DNA from: Tubiluchus corallicola
Lineage: Eukaryota; Animalia; Priapulida
Assembly (NCBI GenBank): GCA_030141605.1
Contig: JAQGDQ010000915.1
Span: forward strand, 16,814-80,813
DNA length: 64,000 nucleotides
Reading direction: 5' to 3'
The notes under the pieces were generated by a model that made no database searches, was not told where the DNA came from, and was given only the letters and a program-made list of their open reading frames with translations. A program made the translations under genes and the position numbers. The number at the start of each line of letters is the position of its first letter. Within the stretch, counting starts at the first letter, position 1. Of the stretch, positions 23,711 to 38,250 are shown in pieces.

Positions 23711-24759
23711 CACGACTGAAATGTAAAGAACTTCCCACGCCCATCAACGAAGTAAAATTTATTTCCATACAGCATAAGTTTACAAGCATAAGGAATACAA
23801 GGAGGATATAGACTGGCTCCTACTACATTAGATCTGCGAAAATGAGTCAATGACGCTGAAATGAGTTAACTTATTCTATTCTGAGTTCGATTCCCAGCAG
23901 CAGTTAGCTTTTTTGTCCTTACATACTAATCACATATTCACGCTCAGAACGTATCATCTATAATTATTATCATAAACGTTGTAATAATTTAGGGTCCTTA
24001 CAAAGACGTGCAATTAGGGTCTGTTGTAAGAGGGCGTAGTCGAGTAGTTAGTAAGCTTGTGCAATTTTTATATCATTCCGCGCCAGCGCTTATACATGCA
24101 AGCTATATCAATCACAATTGAAACAAATCAGTGTGCACCCGCCTTAATGCCTACAAATTCGTATTCCCCATACTGTATGAAGTAAGCTCTAATGTACCGC
24201 CGGAAACATCTGATTTGAGGGTACTGGTGAGGAAAATAAGACATTCGGAGAACCTCGACAAGGGCTGATGCAAGATGAGGGGATTGCTGTAAGAAATCTT
24301 TCATCTTCAAAAGGAGGTCCATGCATAGTGACTGCGTCACGTCATGGTTTGTGACACAATATTAAAAATGACTAAAAAACTGGAGATCTTTTAGGAACTA
24401 ATAATAGATCAACTTACACTTTTGATTGCCCTCATTGCCACGTACAATTGTAAGCTGTGGGGCCCTATAATCAATATTCTGGAGCAGAAAAGTTAATTAG
24501 TGAGGACGCCAATTAGGACAGAAGATGATTGGAATAAATTATGGAATTCATCTTGGTACATTTCGTTGGCTAACCTAGACTCGAGAGTGCAACAGTGGAC
24601 TATGTGGATACACAATAGCAGAGACCGACTTATGTAAATGGCTGTGGCATGACTGGTACCCTGGTAATTACTAAAGATAAACGTCTGAGGAGAGGCACTC
24701 GCGTTTGGATTTATTTGCCAATTTCACATCCACTCTGAATGGATTAAACTGGCTGAGGT

Positions 24760-24890
24760 ATAGAATAGCAGTTGAAACCCAGATTCAATTTCCCACCAGT
24801 AACTAATGAATGATTTAACGACTAACTTTTCTTTATCTTCAAGCATACATGTGTCCAAGGCTTTGACAATCCACCGCAATACACCGCATC
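24760..24890 (-). mobile_element. Possible CR1 RT remnant
   Basis: GVLRWIVKAL...LVVKSFISYWWEIESG weakly resembles the CR1 G.LL.WI...V....S.W..V.SG segment. Confidence 0.3.
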
Positions 24891-25020
24891 CTGTCGCATG
24901 GCAACTGTCAAGTGGCAACTGTCGCGTGGCAACTGTTTAGTGGCAACTGTCAAGTGGCAACTGTCAAGTGGTAACTGTTTAGTGTCAACTGTCGCGTGGC
25001 AACTGTCAAGTGGCAATGTC
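24891..25020. repeat. 14-bp tandem repeat (CTGTCRMGTGGCAA) x~9
   Basis: Direct reading. Confidence 0.9.
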
Positions 25021-27432
25021 GTAAATGATTTGTGAAAACAATTATTCGAGATACTGTTACGCAACTACTCAATTCGTGAATGTTTTAATTCCATTAACCA
25101 AGACGGTGTACTTACAACCATTTGAAAATGATAAATTTTTCAAAATCTAGTTCATTTGCCTTCCGTTTTCTCAAATTGTAGCTGATAGAACTCATATAAT
25201 AGTCGGAGTGGTTTTTGTGGATGAAGCTTTGTTAGAAGTGATAAAGTAACTGGTATAATTATGTGACGCAACTATTCATCATGCCAAATTTATATAGCTG
25301 CCCTCATTTGTTTAATAGTCAATTTGAGATAAAAATAATAAAAGTAAAAAATAAATCAACTTTTGATGTCCGTATCAGTGCATCTAACTCCTTATCGTAC
25401 AACACAGTGGCGTGCCGTCTCCACTGATCAATAATGCGCTGTCAATCTACACATTTCTTTCTTACGATGTAACAGTAACACGTTACATCCTAATCAGCTG
25501 GTTAATTAATGCTACTTTTCTCACTTCGTCACTGACAGTGAGTATCTTCCAGGAAACGGGGTGCCAAAGATCAGGAAACGAGGCAGGAGAAAGGCTCGTT
25601 GTCTCTCTGCGGTCAGCACAAAGTGACGATCGATTCTTAGGGATACTAATTAATGTAAAAGGCATTTGAGGAGGATGAATATTGTGCAACGTTGTGCCTA
25701 ACTAAAGTCTGCGGATTAAATGCTTAATTAAGAATTTGTTTGTGTACGAAGCCCGCCTGATTTATATATAATACTAAGTGGCTTCCAGAGCATCTTACTT
25801 GCATCTCGCGAGAAGCCAAGTATATGTGCGAGTGAGGCGGTGAGGGTGAGTAGGTGAGTTGCAACAAACACTAATTGAACTAAACTGTCTTTAATAATAA
25901 ATCTAAAGATAATAGTAAAGCACTGACGAGTACACGTACATTGTTGTACACAGTCGACACAGTATAGGACCACGGGTAACCAAAATTACAAAATTCACGT
26001 TCTACCGAATACGAGCTCTGCGCCAAAAAATAAAAATGACACATCAGACGCGCAGATTGACCCATATTTAGAGTCCCATCTGGCAGCAAGACAAGACTCG
26101 GGGGGATAGGAAAGGTTAATAGGACAATTTAGCAGCTTTCAGTTAAGTATCTACACCTCCGCGCCGCTTGTCCACCTGTACTGACATCAAAATTAGAAGA
26201 TCTTGCTGACCTGCTACCTGACAGCATTTGTTCCTTCAAAAGATGACATTCCCAACAGCTGCAAAAGAGGACTATGTAAGAAAACGTGGATGGAGCTTTG
26301 CTATAGCTTCCTTTTTGCAACGATGCGTAGATTAAGGAAATCATGTGCACGTATAGCGTTAGTATAAGTTAAGAATTTCATATCGGGTTAGCGTCGATAA
26401 GGTTACCAATGCGTATGAATAGATTGATAAACAACGAGCTGATGGCTTAAAATGCGACACGTGTTCACATGTTATTTGAACAAAACGAGTCATGTGATTG
26501 ATTCAAACGAGTTTGCGACTGAAAGCATGCAAATCTATCTTGAGTAACCAACAAACAGATGAAGCTGATCTTCTAAATACAGCATAATGAGCAGCTAACC
26601 TAGAGTAAATAAAATATATGATCTAAAAAGACAAAATTTTACGTCTTTTAGTCAATGCTTAAAGTTCATTCTTTCCTTCTACGAGATAAACAAAAACTTA
26701 AAAATCAAATGCTTTCCAGATATTTAATGCATCAAACGTTGCACGTACAGTCGTGACATTGCAGGTGCTTGTGAACAGTCATCTAACGGAACAAATGTGA
26801 ACGGAGCTTAATATAGTTGCCCAATACATAGCCGTCAGCTTTCAGCTTCATACACGACGTTCCCAAACGCACATAACCGTTACTTAGACGGATCTCAATG
26901 AACTTAATATTCTCATTTTGCTACAGAAATAAATTACAGAAGGTTTTTATGAGTGGAAGATGAGAAAATAATCAACTGCGCACGTCGTCTTACTCAATAA
27001 ATTTCGAAATCCTGGTGGTAGGCAAGTCAAAAAAAAACCTCCTTCAACAGTTTGATGGGCTTGGCCAACAGGTGGGTCTCTCACAAGCAGGTGTTTGTGA
27101 GGAAGCCAACTTCGCTCTACTCATTCCATTACCAAAATAGCAACCCCTTGATGTATGGCTTCAAAAAGCGACAGCTACGCAGTTTTTCTGTCCCGGACAA
27201 ATTGTGCGCAACGTCCGTTAATTTGTTGTTTTGCTATCTTACCAGAGTTCCAAGTGCGCATATTGCGTGTTGCGTATTATGCGATTCGTACTGCGTTGTG
27301 CGTAACGTGCCGACCGTTTCCACGCATCAGTCTTATCCTACGCAAGTTAACAAGTCAAATAAAACAGCAATGGGATTAAAAAGCAAGTTTTAATTTCCGG
27401 CGACACAAAATCATGAAATGCCATACACGATG

Positions 27433-27505
27433 AATAGCTGAGTGTGTACTAAGCGACCAAAGTTAAGCAATGCTGACCCCGTTTAGTAAATGGGTGGCAA
27501 CCAGT
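27433..27505 (+). mobile_element. SINE head fragment (tRNA A-box plus 5S-derived ICR)
   Basis: AATAGCTGAGTG...AAGTTAAGCAATGCTGACCCCGTTTAGTAAATGGGTGGCAACC parallels 35971-36055. Confidence 0.6.
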
Positions 27506-27981
27506 AAACATTTTGCTAGACACTTTTGCTTTTCACCACTAATTAATAAATAAGAATCCTAATGGCCAATAAAGGTAGCACCTCGTTTTACAGAATTGCC
27601 CTTGCTGCTTAGTTAGATTCCGATGTTGCTGTGACGGTGCACTTATATTTCTTGATTATTTTTGTCAGGATTGCGAACCTATTTATTTAACTAGGCTCGA
27701 AAGCGCACCTCACAAATGAAATTGATTTTTATTAACCATCGAATTAAAGATGTGTTGAGCCGAAACACGGATTTTCCTAAAACACGTGTTATGGGTTCTG
27801 TGTTATTTCCCTAACGTGTAACATCGTTACTGTGCTGATGTAATATTTAGGAAAAATTACTGATCGACAATCTCAATTATTCTAAATAAGCTGGGCATTA
27901 AATTCAATTGCTTTATTTAATTAAAGAGATATATAACGCGTGAAAAACTGTGCACAGATCATTAAAACAAAACTGTACAAG

Positions 27982-28382
27982 TGTATACGAGGCTACAAGC
28001 ATACTGGTACCGGGTTTACCACGTCAGAGCTCCAGTCCTGGCGTTAACTGCGTCACCATTGCATTTCCATTCCATGACGATGGTTTCATCACTACCATAT
28101 TGTAAACGCAACTACATCCTTCCATTCCATTCCACGTGTTATCGATCCATACCATACCATCCGTCGTTCGATTCCGCCATGTTCCGACAGCTGCTGGCAG
28201 CTCACCTCTCGGATCGCCCCCTCTTCGCCTCACCTCTGACACGGTAGCTTCCTCGTGATACGACAGTCTAGCTTGTTTGACTCCGTCCGCCAACTTGCTG
28301 GGAGTCTCGCCAATACAAGTCTAGAATAAGTTCCGTATTCCATTGACCATATTAACAAGCCGTTTCTACTCCGCTTATAACA
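27982..28382 (+). mobile_element. Candidate solo LTR (~400 bp)
   Basis: A GC-richer block bounded by TGTATA...TATAACA. No exact TSD is visible. Confidence 0.4.
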
Positions 28383-29719
28383 TCAGAGGAAGATCGCAAT
28401 GAATCTCGTTAGAAATGTTCAAACTGAGCAGTGTGGACAGACTTTAGACGTGCCTGCCACACGTTACGATACGCTCAAAAACCAAGTATCAACTCTCTAG
28501 CTAGATCGAGAAATTCACTTCTCCATGACCTGTAGGAAGCACCCATGTTTATGCATTTTTAAAATAACCAATGAGAGGCAAGTATGCGTTAAACATAACT
28601 AGGTTACCTGTACCGATTTCACAACTGTACATATGCAAAACTAAACTGCTTCATCTCTTAAAGAAGCATTTTAAGTGCAAATAATCAAATAATGGGCCAC
28701 ATGTAGAAATTAATCTAATTGCTAAGAATAGAAATTGTTAGGTAAAGCAGTGTTTATTTGGCTTGCGCAGGCATTTAAAATAAAAGATCAAGCTTGGACA
28801 GTAGTACGTCTGATAGGGCACGAAGATAGGGCGCTATCACAACTGCTAACATGATGTAGGTCTTTCCCCGTTAGATACTGGATCTTAACAAAAACAACTT
28901 CAGTTTTTACTCAAAACGAATGTGTTATATTTTCTGAATACTGCGAATATTTTCACATATGTTTCTAACTATTTTTCTTTCACTCAGCGCTAATATAATT
29001 AGCTATTACTCACACTCAATATGGTTACTCAAAACACTAGTTACTTAAACTAGGTCTTTACGTACTCGTGGAAACACATTTTACAGCAACCATAATACAC
29101 TGTGATTACTTTGCTCATCCAATTCATCACCTCGTAATCATGCAACTTCAAACTCATCTTCCTTAAACTTACTCGATCGACGATCACTAATCAAATCGTT
29201 TATTTGCAGTTAACAAAATCGATGCTGATCTACGCAAAACGATTTTCCATTCGTCGTAAGTGGTTCTTCACAAAAATTGAGTGCAAAAGTTCATTGAGAT
29301 TCGTCCAATTGTCATCAGTGGCCATTGCAGCATTCACTGATTCATAACAGTGATTCGGCTTTTGCCATAGTGTATCATTCCGCCAGCATAGAGAAAAGTT
29401 GATTATCAGGTTCATTGATTTAGCATCAATTGTATTAATGAACGACCACTATAATTAATATTCGTAAACGTCACTGGTCGCCATATTGTTTTCATTATCT
29501 GAATTATTCATCATACTTTGTTGCTGGGATTTCCTGCAAATCAATGCAGATGAAAATCAACAATTATTCTAGGCAAGGTCAAATGTAGCATTAATTCAGA
29601 TAAAAACCAACTAGACCTCTTTGTACTGCACAATAATATTTTCCAGTAATTTTAAGCAACATTTATTTACTCTTTAACTCACGCAAATCTCAAAAACAGG
29701 TTTCCTTTATTTTCATTAA

Positions 29720-30265
29720 AGGAAGACCGGACGATTGTTTAGACTCAATCTCATTTTAATTTACTGTCCAAAATGTACATTTTCTTGCCTATAAAAGTTA
29801 ACAATAATTCCTTATATTTGAATAATTAGCTTAGAAAGTCAATTAACGGCAACCGAACACAGCTATTGTTTACGTCAGAAACTAACCACAGTTTGTGCAA
29901 TGGCAGGCGTCTTCCATTGCGCGTCAAGCACATTTGCATAAGTGTTACAGTACTGCTTAAACGCATGATGTCACGAAAATGGGGTCTACGTCATATGACG
30001 TCAGAAACTAACACAGAAGTTTATGATCATAGTTATCACGGTACCGCTTTCTATTGATCGGCCACGCGCATGTGACAAAAAGGCGAGGCTGTCAATCTTA
30101 GTAGATTCACTGAGCCGCGCGTAGCTTTGAAAGTTTAACGAAACTTGAGTATCTGAGGTAATTATTATTTAATCTAAGTTTTGATTTAAAAAAAGCTATT
30201 GTAGTTTTCAATATTTTAGAGCATTCTTTATTCTGAACTCGTGTTTACACAGTCATCGGGTTTTA
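29720..30265 (+). mobile_element. Kolobok/T2-type MITE, subfamily B
   Basis: Starts TTAA|AGGAAGACCGGACG. The first ~230 bp match 37525-37741 inverted, and the 3' end resembles the family A right end. Confidence 0.75.
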
Positions 30266-31050
30266 AAGGTTTTGAACAATTTATAATGTGTGCGTGTATG
30301 AGTATGCGCGCGTGCATGCGTGCGTACGTGCGTGCGTGTACGCTGCTGTAACATCTACGTCTAACAGTTGGACAGTTCTAGGTATGATCCATTTTTTCCT
30401 GTAAGAAACCCGGATGTTAGTACATCTTACAGATATTGTCAATAGCAATATACGCTATTTCTGCGTAGTAAAAGATATTCCCACTGTAATCGTCGTTTTA
30501 CCTTTACCCAGAGACCCATAAACAGTCGTGCTCTGACTTATCTAGTTGCCTATAAGCGGATATAAACAACATCTTTCGTAAATCCGCATGAATCGACACG
30601 GTGATATGCAACATAATGGCTTCTCTAGCTTAGCGGTGATTATTGCTAAATCAATGCACTGATTCATAAAAGCGATTGATTATCATCATGCTTTACACAG
30701 TGGCTTAACATGAAGATCGTTTTCGGGATAAACAGGTAGCTGCAGCCATGGGCCATATTTATACAGGAGAGTAAGGAAGTAATGAGAAAATAACAGAATG
30801 TAAGTGTTGGAAAACCTGCAGAAATACTATAGTACAATTGGAATTATACAAATGTATATTTTTACGTCATTATGATGTCATAATACAATTTGATCAATTT
30901 GATCAGCACATTTCAACATATCAGCGTATTTTTACAGTGCCGTTTCTTTTCGAACACTCAGTACAAATGTAGCTTGCAAGATGTACTATTTAAAGCCTGT
31001 AAACAATATTTTTGTGTAATAAGGTAGTAGATTTGACTGCCACTGCATAT

Positions 31051-31192
<142 letters not shown>

Positions 31193-31890
31193 ATAAATTC
31201 AATTCAATTTTATCGATTTTATTGGCATAAAGATTATCATATGTATGATAATGAACGTAGAGTAATTGTGCTCGACTGCATCATACGGCAGTCAGATTTT
31301 ATACTATGAGCAATATTTTTGACTTAAAGACTTAAAGCTTTTCTTTTCGTTTGCACATTCGAAAAAAGTTTTCCTGGGTGTCTAAAAATTGTAAGGAACA
31401 CTTTTTCTAAGAGTTAAAGTTCTGGAAGGCATTTCTACTTAGTTTTCAGTTTTCTTTTCATTTTCAACCTCACATTAAGTCAGACAGTATATCCGGTTTA
31501 GTCAGGCTCAAACCAAAGTGCAGGGGGGGGGGCATATTCTGTCATGCTTCTTCACTGCTCAGCTTTTATCTTTGTCTATCAGACGATCACACCTAAGAAT
31601 CCACTGTGTTCTTACAAGTTTATCTGTTCGAACATGTAAAAATGATCCTATATGTCAGAAGTATTGTTTGAACGACACATCGACCACAAAGCAAGATGGC
31701 AGTAATGATCAGAAAATTAACCTCGGTGCATATAATAAAGCAGCTCAGCATGAAATGGCAATGACGTCACTGTTGTGTTTTTCCCGTTAATTAATGTACC
31801 TTGTTCACGGTGGGTACATCACAATTACAAGACGGGGAATTATAAACACGAACTACATCATCCTCCTTCACGTTATAGCCACCGAACTAC

Positions 31891-32594
31891 CAGGGGCGGA
31901 ACTAGGGGGGAGCGAGGGGGCGCCCCCCCCCTGCAAAATGGGACAAATAATTTATTTTTGCAGTGAAAAATGCAGTTCGCATGTAATCATTTTCAATATG
32001 AATTAGAATTAGGTAAAAAAATGTTTGGTAGCTTCAGTGTGCGTGCAGACAAAACTCAGTGTGCATAGAGGTGCCTATCACAGTGTAGGCCTACAGGGAC
32101 CACACACAGTCACAGGTCTGTGTGCACAGCAATAGGATGCTGGTGTAGCAGCGGTACTATGCTGAAATTTGAGAGTGCCCCCGTGCGTATAGGTACCATG
32201 GTGTAGCAGCGTTACGGCACTGAACTTGGAATAGGCCTAAACCTTTTGTACGGTACAGCACGCAAAAAACAAATTTGCTAAGTACACTATAGTAATAATT
32301 TCATTTCATTGCTTCATATAATTTATTGTAGTTCTGTAATTGTGTCATTTGGGCTACTTGGCAAAATGTACATCAACGTGCCTTTATAGAACGTGGACTT
32401 TACATAGTGTCGAATATCATGTGATATTGAATGGTTTGTGATAGAACAAAAATAAATCAAAATTGTTTCAAAAATCCGCGCGTGCATGCAGTAAATTGGC
32501 TTAACCATTATTTAACCACTTCGGATACCTCGCCCTCCCAGAAAATTTTTGCGCCCCCCCCCACCCCTGCTTGCCACATCTAGTTCCGCCGTTG
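31891..32594. mobile_element. hAT MITE (704 bp) with a perfect 8-bp TSD
   Basis: CGAACTAC|CAGGGGCGGAACTAG ... CTAGTTCCGCCGTTG|CGAACTAC. Confidence 0.93.
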
Positions 32595-32814
32595 CGAACT
32601 ACTTTTATTATCTGCTCACAAAAATTATGGCGCTTAGTTATGAGCACTGAAAATAGTTCACGCTAAAACTCTTGCACGCTACACCTCGTTACTAATATTT
32701 TTTCTTATACAAAAAATATAGTACACGAAAGTAAGCGGTGGACAAATTTATAACTTAAGCTTAATATTAAAAATGCTGTTTAATGTAACTGGCTATGGCA
32801 GAACCGGAACACAT

Positions 32815-33027
32815 TTGATTATCAATAATAAGCTCTTAAGATGACAGACTGAACCAACAGAGGTGTCGGCCACCTCCTCGACGAAGTAAGCAGCCACAAA
32901 CAGTGTTGTGAATGAAACCGTCAGAGTGAGCACTGGATCTGGTGGTCATCCCTCCATTCACTAATCAGGTCAGGTGGTTGCTCACGTGCGCTTGTTAAAT
33001 GTGCACGTTCAACGCTCGGTTATTTAC
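32815..33027 (-). mobile_element. tRNA/5S-headed SINE copy
   Basis: The minus strand shares the head ...GGATGACCACC and body CACCTCTGTTGGTTCAGT..CATCTTA with 35971-36220 and 46725-46890. Confidence 0.65.
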
Positions 33028-33113
33028 TGCGACTGAAAGACGCGGGTGAGAAATGATTATTGAAAAAACGTTCCATTTCCTACGCATTTGTGTCTACTGC
33101 AAGCAGTGATTAA

Positions 33114-33588
33114 AGGACAACAGAACACTTTTCTTATGTAAACCTAAAAAACATCTTGAAATTTGTATTACCTATTACCTTGCGGTCTTACAGCTTGTAT
33201 TAGCAGTATAAAACTAGTAAATTTAAACTCCCACGGTGACCGCCTTTAGTCGGAGCCATTTTAACGGTAGGACGTTTGAAACAAGTTTAGATAACATTAC
33301 ACATTGTATGAAAAATTTAATCACAGTACTCGTAGCACAGTCAAAAACAACTAAGCAAAAATATAAATCACTTTATCTTGTCAATAAAATTACTAATATG
33401 TTTTTTGGTGAACCAGTGATGTTTTCCGTTACACACTGGGATAGTGAAACAGTGACATTTTACCAGTTGGCACGAATATTTTAAAATATTAAGAATTTTC
33501 TTAATCAGTTACATATACATTTCAAAGAGGTTGTCGTATTGTGCAGAATCTTTCTTTAGACATACTTCAAAATTCCCTATTCTTCCCC
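33114..33588 (+). mobile_element. TTAA-type (Kolobok-like) MITE, family C, copy 1
   Basis: Starts TTAA|AGGACAAC; colinear with 38745-39533 and 43128-43625. Confidence 0.8.
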
Positions 33589-34559
33589 CGAAACTGACAC
33601 AATCAGGTAATCTAGGAAAACTTATTTTAAAAAAACAGCTTGAGTACTGCGAGTTTTTAATATTGCGTAGAATGCTACCTACGCATAGAATAAATTCTCC
33701 ATTATGGAATTATCCCGCAAGTCAATCGTGTTTTTCCGTGCTGTGCAGCTCAGATCTACAGATGAAGAAGATATTGTCAGTTTTGCATCTAATATTCACT
33801 GATGTGCAATGCAAGTCAGATGATAAGAGACTGAATTAATCAGTGATACAACAACACATGATGGTCAACAGAGATTTCTGGATGCTCTAATATAGAAATC
33901 ATGTATTTTTATCTGACGAACTTTCCTAAATTATGCCTTGAAGAGATCTTAAAACCTTCATAGAAAAAATTAAAAGGGATAAAACCGACAAATCCATTAG
34001 AAAGGGCATTTAATTTTGAAGAATTATTTTATGATGCATTTCTTCTAGCACTTGGTTGATAATTGTAGGAATAAAAGCGACAAAAACGGAAAAGCAAATT
34101 AAATAAGAAATTATATAATCACTAAAAGATTTAAAAAATTCGACATTCCTACCGCTTTGTCATTTCTTAAACCACCATGGTTGACAAGGAAATTAATTTC
34201 CACAAACTTTTAACTGGCTTCTCAGCACGATGATGTGAAGCGTGAAATTTGCCTGTCAGCAAGAAACGACTGGGCTTCACATTGTCATTGTAATTTAGGG
34301 AGGATTATCATTGTCACTGTCCTGAACTCGTACTCCACTGACCGAACCCCTTTGTTCCAGTCTCTTTTTCTCAAGCGTCTCGTTCTAGTTAAAAGTATAG
34401 TTTCTAAAGGCACATCTCTAATGGTTACCTAATTAATTACTGCTTAAAGTAACATCTGTGGTTATTGACGCACCGTTTGCTAGGCTCTCAGTGAAGCCTA
34501 TACGACTGTTAACTTTTTACAGTGACTTTTGCTTCACTAACATGGCTAATCAAAATGAT

Positions 34560-35162
34560 AATATTAACTCGACTTCTAACTTTATTTACCCCCATATTCA
34601 TTAAAAGCAAAGTTATGTATATTCTGTTGTTGATTAAAATTTAAGTGTATTACTGTAGTACTTGAACGTTTTTGTAATACTTAGGTTGTGTAGTATCTGT
34701 AATGTTTTATATATGTGGTGTTTATTTGAAACCATATGTGTATATACACGATATATGGTCTATTCCTTCCCAAGTAAACACAAATTATTGTAATGTTCGA
34801 ATGTTTAATTGTACCGTGAAATGGTTTTGTGTTTATATCAAGACACGTGTGTATATTACCTGTATGATACGTATTATTTTATATGAGACTGTAATTGTAA
34901 AAGTAGGCTTTAGTTCTTTTTAGATAGGAGCAATATGCTGGAGCTAATATAATTTTTTATTTTATTACTTGTGTTCTAATGCATCCCTACTGCACTCGTA
35001 GTTTTAATTTTTTGCACCAGACGCACTTACTTATTAGCAGTGTAGTCCAGGCAATCATTGAATGATATTGTATAACTCATGCTATCATTATTTTATGGCA
35101 AATAAAGATATGTGTGTGTGTGTGTGTGTGTGTGCGTGCGTGTGCGTGCGTGCGTGCGTGTG
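34560..35162 (+). mobile_element. T-rich retroposon 3' UTR tail ending in AATAAA + (TG)n
   Basis: A T-rich tract ending GGCAAATAAAGATA(TG)n. Similar tails end near 8578 and 17605. Confidence 0.4.
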
Positions 35163-35970
35163 TATACACAATGTGTTCTTCCTGTAATTTTGGGGGGTTT
35201 GGGGTCGGAGATGTTTGGGTGAGCCGTAACTAAGCCACCTGACAGTACAGTTGTATTAGAAATGTCAGTTCACGTCAGGATTAGTCGCGATGTGAACTAG
35301 CCTTTACACAGTCGCCCTCCTGGAACTAATTAATTGCAACAGGCTGATTAGTTCGCATTTAGATCAAACTAGTTAAAAAAATTTTGAAGGCAGCTGGGCA
35401 AGGAAGATGTTAGTGTTGCTGTTACGGAGTTTTTGCTACAATCCCGGAAGCTGAATACAGGAAGTAACCCAATTAACTTCTAACACTCGATTGGTTCAAA
35501 TCTGATGTTGCTATGCTCATTAGACGTCTTAATTAATTACCCATCTTGCTACGTAGCTTGTTAATCAATTTAGCATTTCCTCAGTTCTGCTGTGTTCGAT
35601 AGAACACCCCGCAAGCTAATTTCCGACGCCAATTTGGTTGAGTTCCAGCAAGATAATTTATGTTGGTTCAAGAGCACTTTGAAAACCATGTTCAACTTTT
35701 TCCTCTCTGCAGAAAATACGCACTTTCTATGAAAAGTGTGGGCATAAAAAGGAGCCGGTTTTTCTCACCCCATTGCATCTGCGTTTCATCAACTACAGTT
35801 TTTTTTCCTAGGCGGTGCGTCGATGTTTTTCGAATTTTCACAAACCAATTACTTATCTAAGAAAACAATTTTATTGTAGTGGTTAAAATGGGCCTGCCGA
35901 AAATGTTTTGCATTTTTTTCCAAAGCTAACTTCTAGAAATATAGCCATATCTCTAACATTTTTACAAATG

Positions 35971-36222
35971 AATAGCTGAGTGGTTACGTGTGTATGTTTA
36001 ACGAGGAAGTTAAGCAGCATTGGGCCTGGTAGGTGAATGAATGGATGACCACCGGGTTGCTTCATTCAGAGAGGTTTCATTTCCCATACTGTCACCGACT
36101 ATTTGCACATTAATGGGGATGTATTCATATGTAAAGATGGGTGAGATACCTCCGTCGGTTCAGTGCTTCACCTTAGAGAATAGGTTCTGGTTGTCACAAC
36201 CACCTGCCACTGATCGATGAAC
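35971..36222 (+). mobile_element. tRNA/5S-headed SINE, best-preserved copy
   Basis: TAGCTGAGTGG (tRNA A-box), then GAAGTTAAGCA (5S box A) and ATGGATGACCACC (box C-like), then the shared body. Confidence 0.7.
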
Positions 36223-36904
36223 CGAAACTTACAGAATGTGCAATTAAGAGGTTCATGAAAGCTAAAATAACTATAATCCTGTTGGGTCAGAAAAAGCAAA
36301 ATGTAGCAACATGGCAAATCTTTTTGCAACACACACGCAAGTTTTGCGCATTTCCAACGACAGATCCTAGTTAACTGAAAGCGAATCTTTCTGAAAAATA
36401 ACGATCAGATTCTTGGCTTGTAATTTTGTAAAGTAATTAGCCCTATTAAAGCAAGTGAGGACACGAACAATGTAATTTCTCTCCTAATAGGTCGGTAAAA
36501 CCAGAAAAGATGTGATGACAAATTCGGTTAAAGCGACTTAATTTAGACACAGTCTTTGTTGAGAAATTCCGAAGCCAGTCTTTTTGGCTAATTAAAACTT
36601 AACCTGCCATAGAAGAACATAATTGTAGGACTCACGCTCAAATAACTGAACAGTGTACAGTAACAATGAGTGTTTTTTAAAGTAAGACGGTATTATATAA
36701 GGGAAACGGAATGCCTGAGTGAAGCAACCCTGTGATTCGTTAGTAATAGGTGTAGGTGAGGGACCACTAGGAAAGTCCTTTCGGGTAGTTTTATCTGGCG
36801 TAGGGTATATGCATATCCAAATGTACCGATTTACTACCTCATTTAGATTCCGGTCCTGCCTAGTTACCAACTTACCAGTTTACAGTGTGTCACAGATTAA
36901 AGGA

Positions 36905-37094
36905 AAGACCGGGCCTTCTGGGAAGTTAGGAAAAGGGTCAAAATGATTTAGTAATAAAAGTGTGGTAAACCTGGACCTTCTGCGAAAGTTAGGAAAAGGG
37001 TTAAAATGATTTAGTAATAAAAGTGTGGTAAGACCGGGCCTTCTGTGAAAGTTAGGAAAAGGGTTAAAATGATTCAGTAATAAAAGTGTGGTAG
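36905..37094. repeat. ~63-bp tandem repeat x3
   Basis: Unit AGACCGGGCCTTCTG..AAGTTAGGAAAAGGGTTAAAATGATTTAGTAATAAAAGTGTGGTA. Confidence 0.92.
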
Positions 37095-37524
37095 GCGCCT
37101 CGTGTAATTGGTAAAATCACTTTAAATTCGCACTCATTTCAAGCTTGAGCACTCCCATTTTAAACGCCCACTCTTCCACCAGTGACGTAGCTCATCGGCA
37201 GAAGAAAACCAGTACACTGTCGATTTCCGTCAAAAGCGTGTTAAGTTTCTACAAAAAAATATATAGGTAATTTTGTGAAATTTTTGCACGAACATTAGCT
37301 AAATTGCGGAAGTCTGAATCAGTTTAAGCAGCGCGCGCTTACGGAAAGCCACGATGCGTTTACGAACAGTCACGAAGTCCACCACTTACGTCACAATTTT
37401 AAGTGACGGTTACTGCCGCGCCTGAAAATTTATAATCTGCGGTAGTACCAATTAACTTTGTAATTTATAGGCAATCTTTTGCAAATTTGTTTGTTATATT
37501 TTTCTAAATTTAGGTGATAACAGT

Positions 37525-37741
37525 AAAATGTGCTTGATGCGCAAGAGAAGATGTCTGCCATTGCACAAACTGTGGTTAATTTCTGACGTAAGCAATAGCT
37601 GTGTTCTGTTGCCGTTAATTAACTTTCTAAGCTAATTATTCAAATATAAGAAACAAATGTTAACTTTTATAGGCAAGAAAATGTATATTTTGGACAGTAA
37701 ATTAAAATGAGATTGAGTCTAAACAATCGTCCGGTTTTCTT
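37525..37741 (-). mobile_element. Kolobok/T2-type subfamily B end
   Basis: Reverse complement of 29720-29940; ends CCGGTTTTCTT|TTAA. Confidence 0.8.
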
Positions 37742-37881
37742 TTAAGAATTCCAATAAGTTTAACTTCCAAGTTTTCTAGCGAGATTAAATCAATTCAAAT
37801 GAATGGTAGGTGGTACTTTCAGCAAACAAAGACAACCCAGAAGACCAATAGCTTCCTTTACATCAATGAATCACTTACATC

Positions 37882-38250
37882 CAGGACTGGATTATCCTAT
37901 AGGCTAGTCTAGGCTGCAACATAGGACCTGTCAAGCTTGGAGGCTCTCAGACTTTGGTAACGTTTGGTAAAAAACTGTGTTGAAATATGTGTTAATAAGG
38001 TTTTGCTATAAATAGTAAAATAGTGATATTTCTCAAAGAATAAATTTATTGACAAACAAAATATACTCTAGGTTACCTACGGAATTTGCAATAAAATTTA
38101 TTTCAAGCTATGTAAATATCACTAAACTATGTCACGAGTAAAAATATTCAAGACGGGCGCGGGCGCGGGCGAGTTAGAGGGTTGCTCCTTCTCTGGGGGC
38201 CCCATAATTTCGTTAACCTAGAGGCCCCAAAAGGTCATAATCCGGCCCTG
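37882..38250 (+). mobile_element. hAT MITE
   Basis: CAGGACTGGATTAT ... ATAATCCGGCCCTG; 8-bp flanks CTTACATC/GTTCCATC (6/8 identical). Confidence 0.85.

Noticed and set aside
23860-23915. tRNA gene (B-box GAGTTCGATTCCC plus T-run); similar at 56425-56460
   Set aside because: No cloverleaf or intact A-box; at most degenerate SINE heads.
26130-26280. Possible + strand exon (AG...GTAAG)
   Set aside because: The best frame stops before the donor, and no partner exons or homology were recognised.
29230-29560. LINE endonuclease-RT linker remnant on the minus strand
   Set aside because: Resemblance too weak to call without a search.
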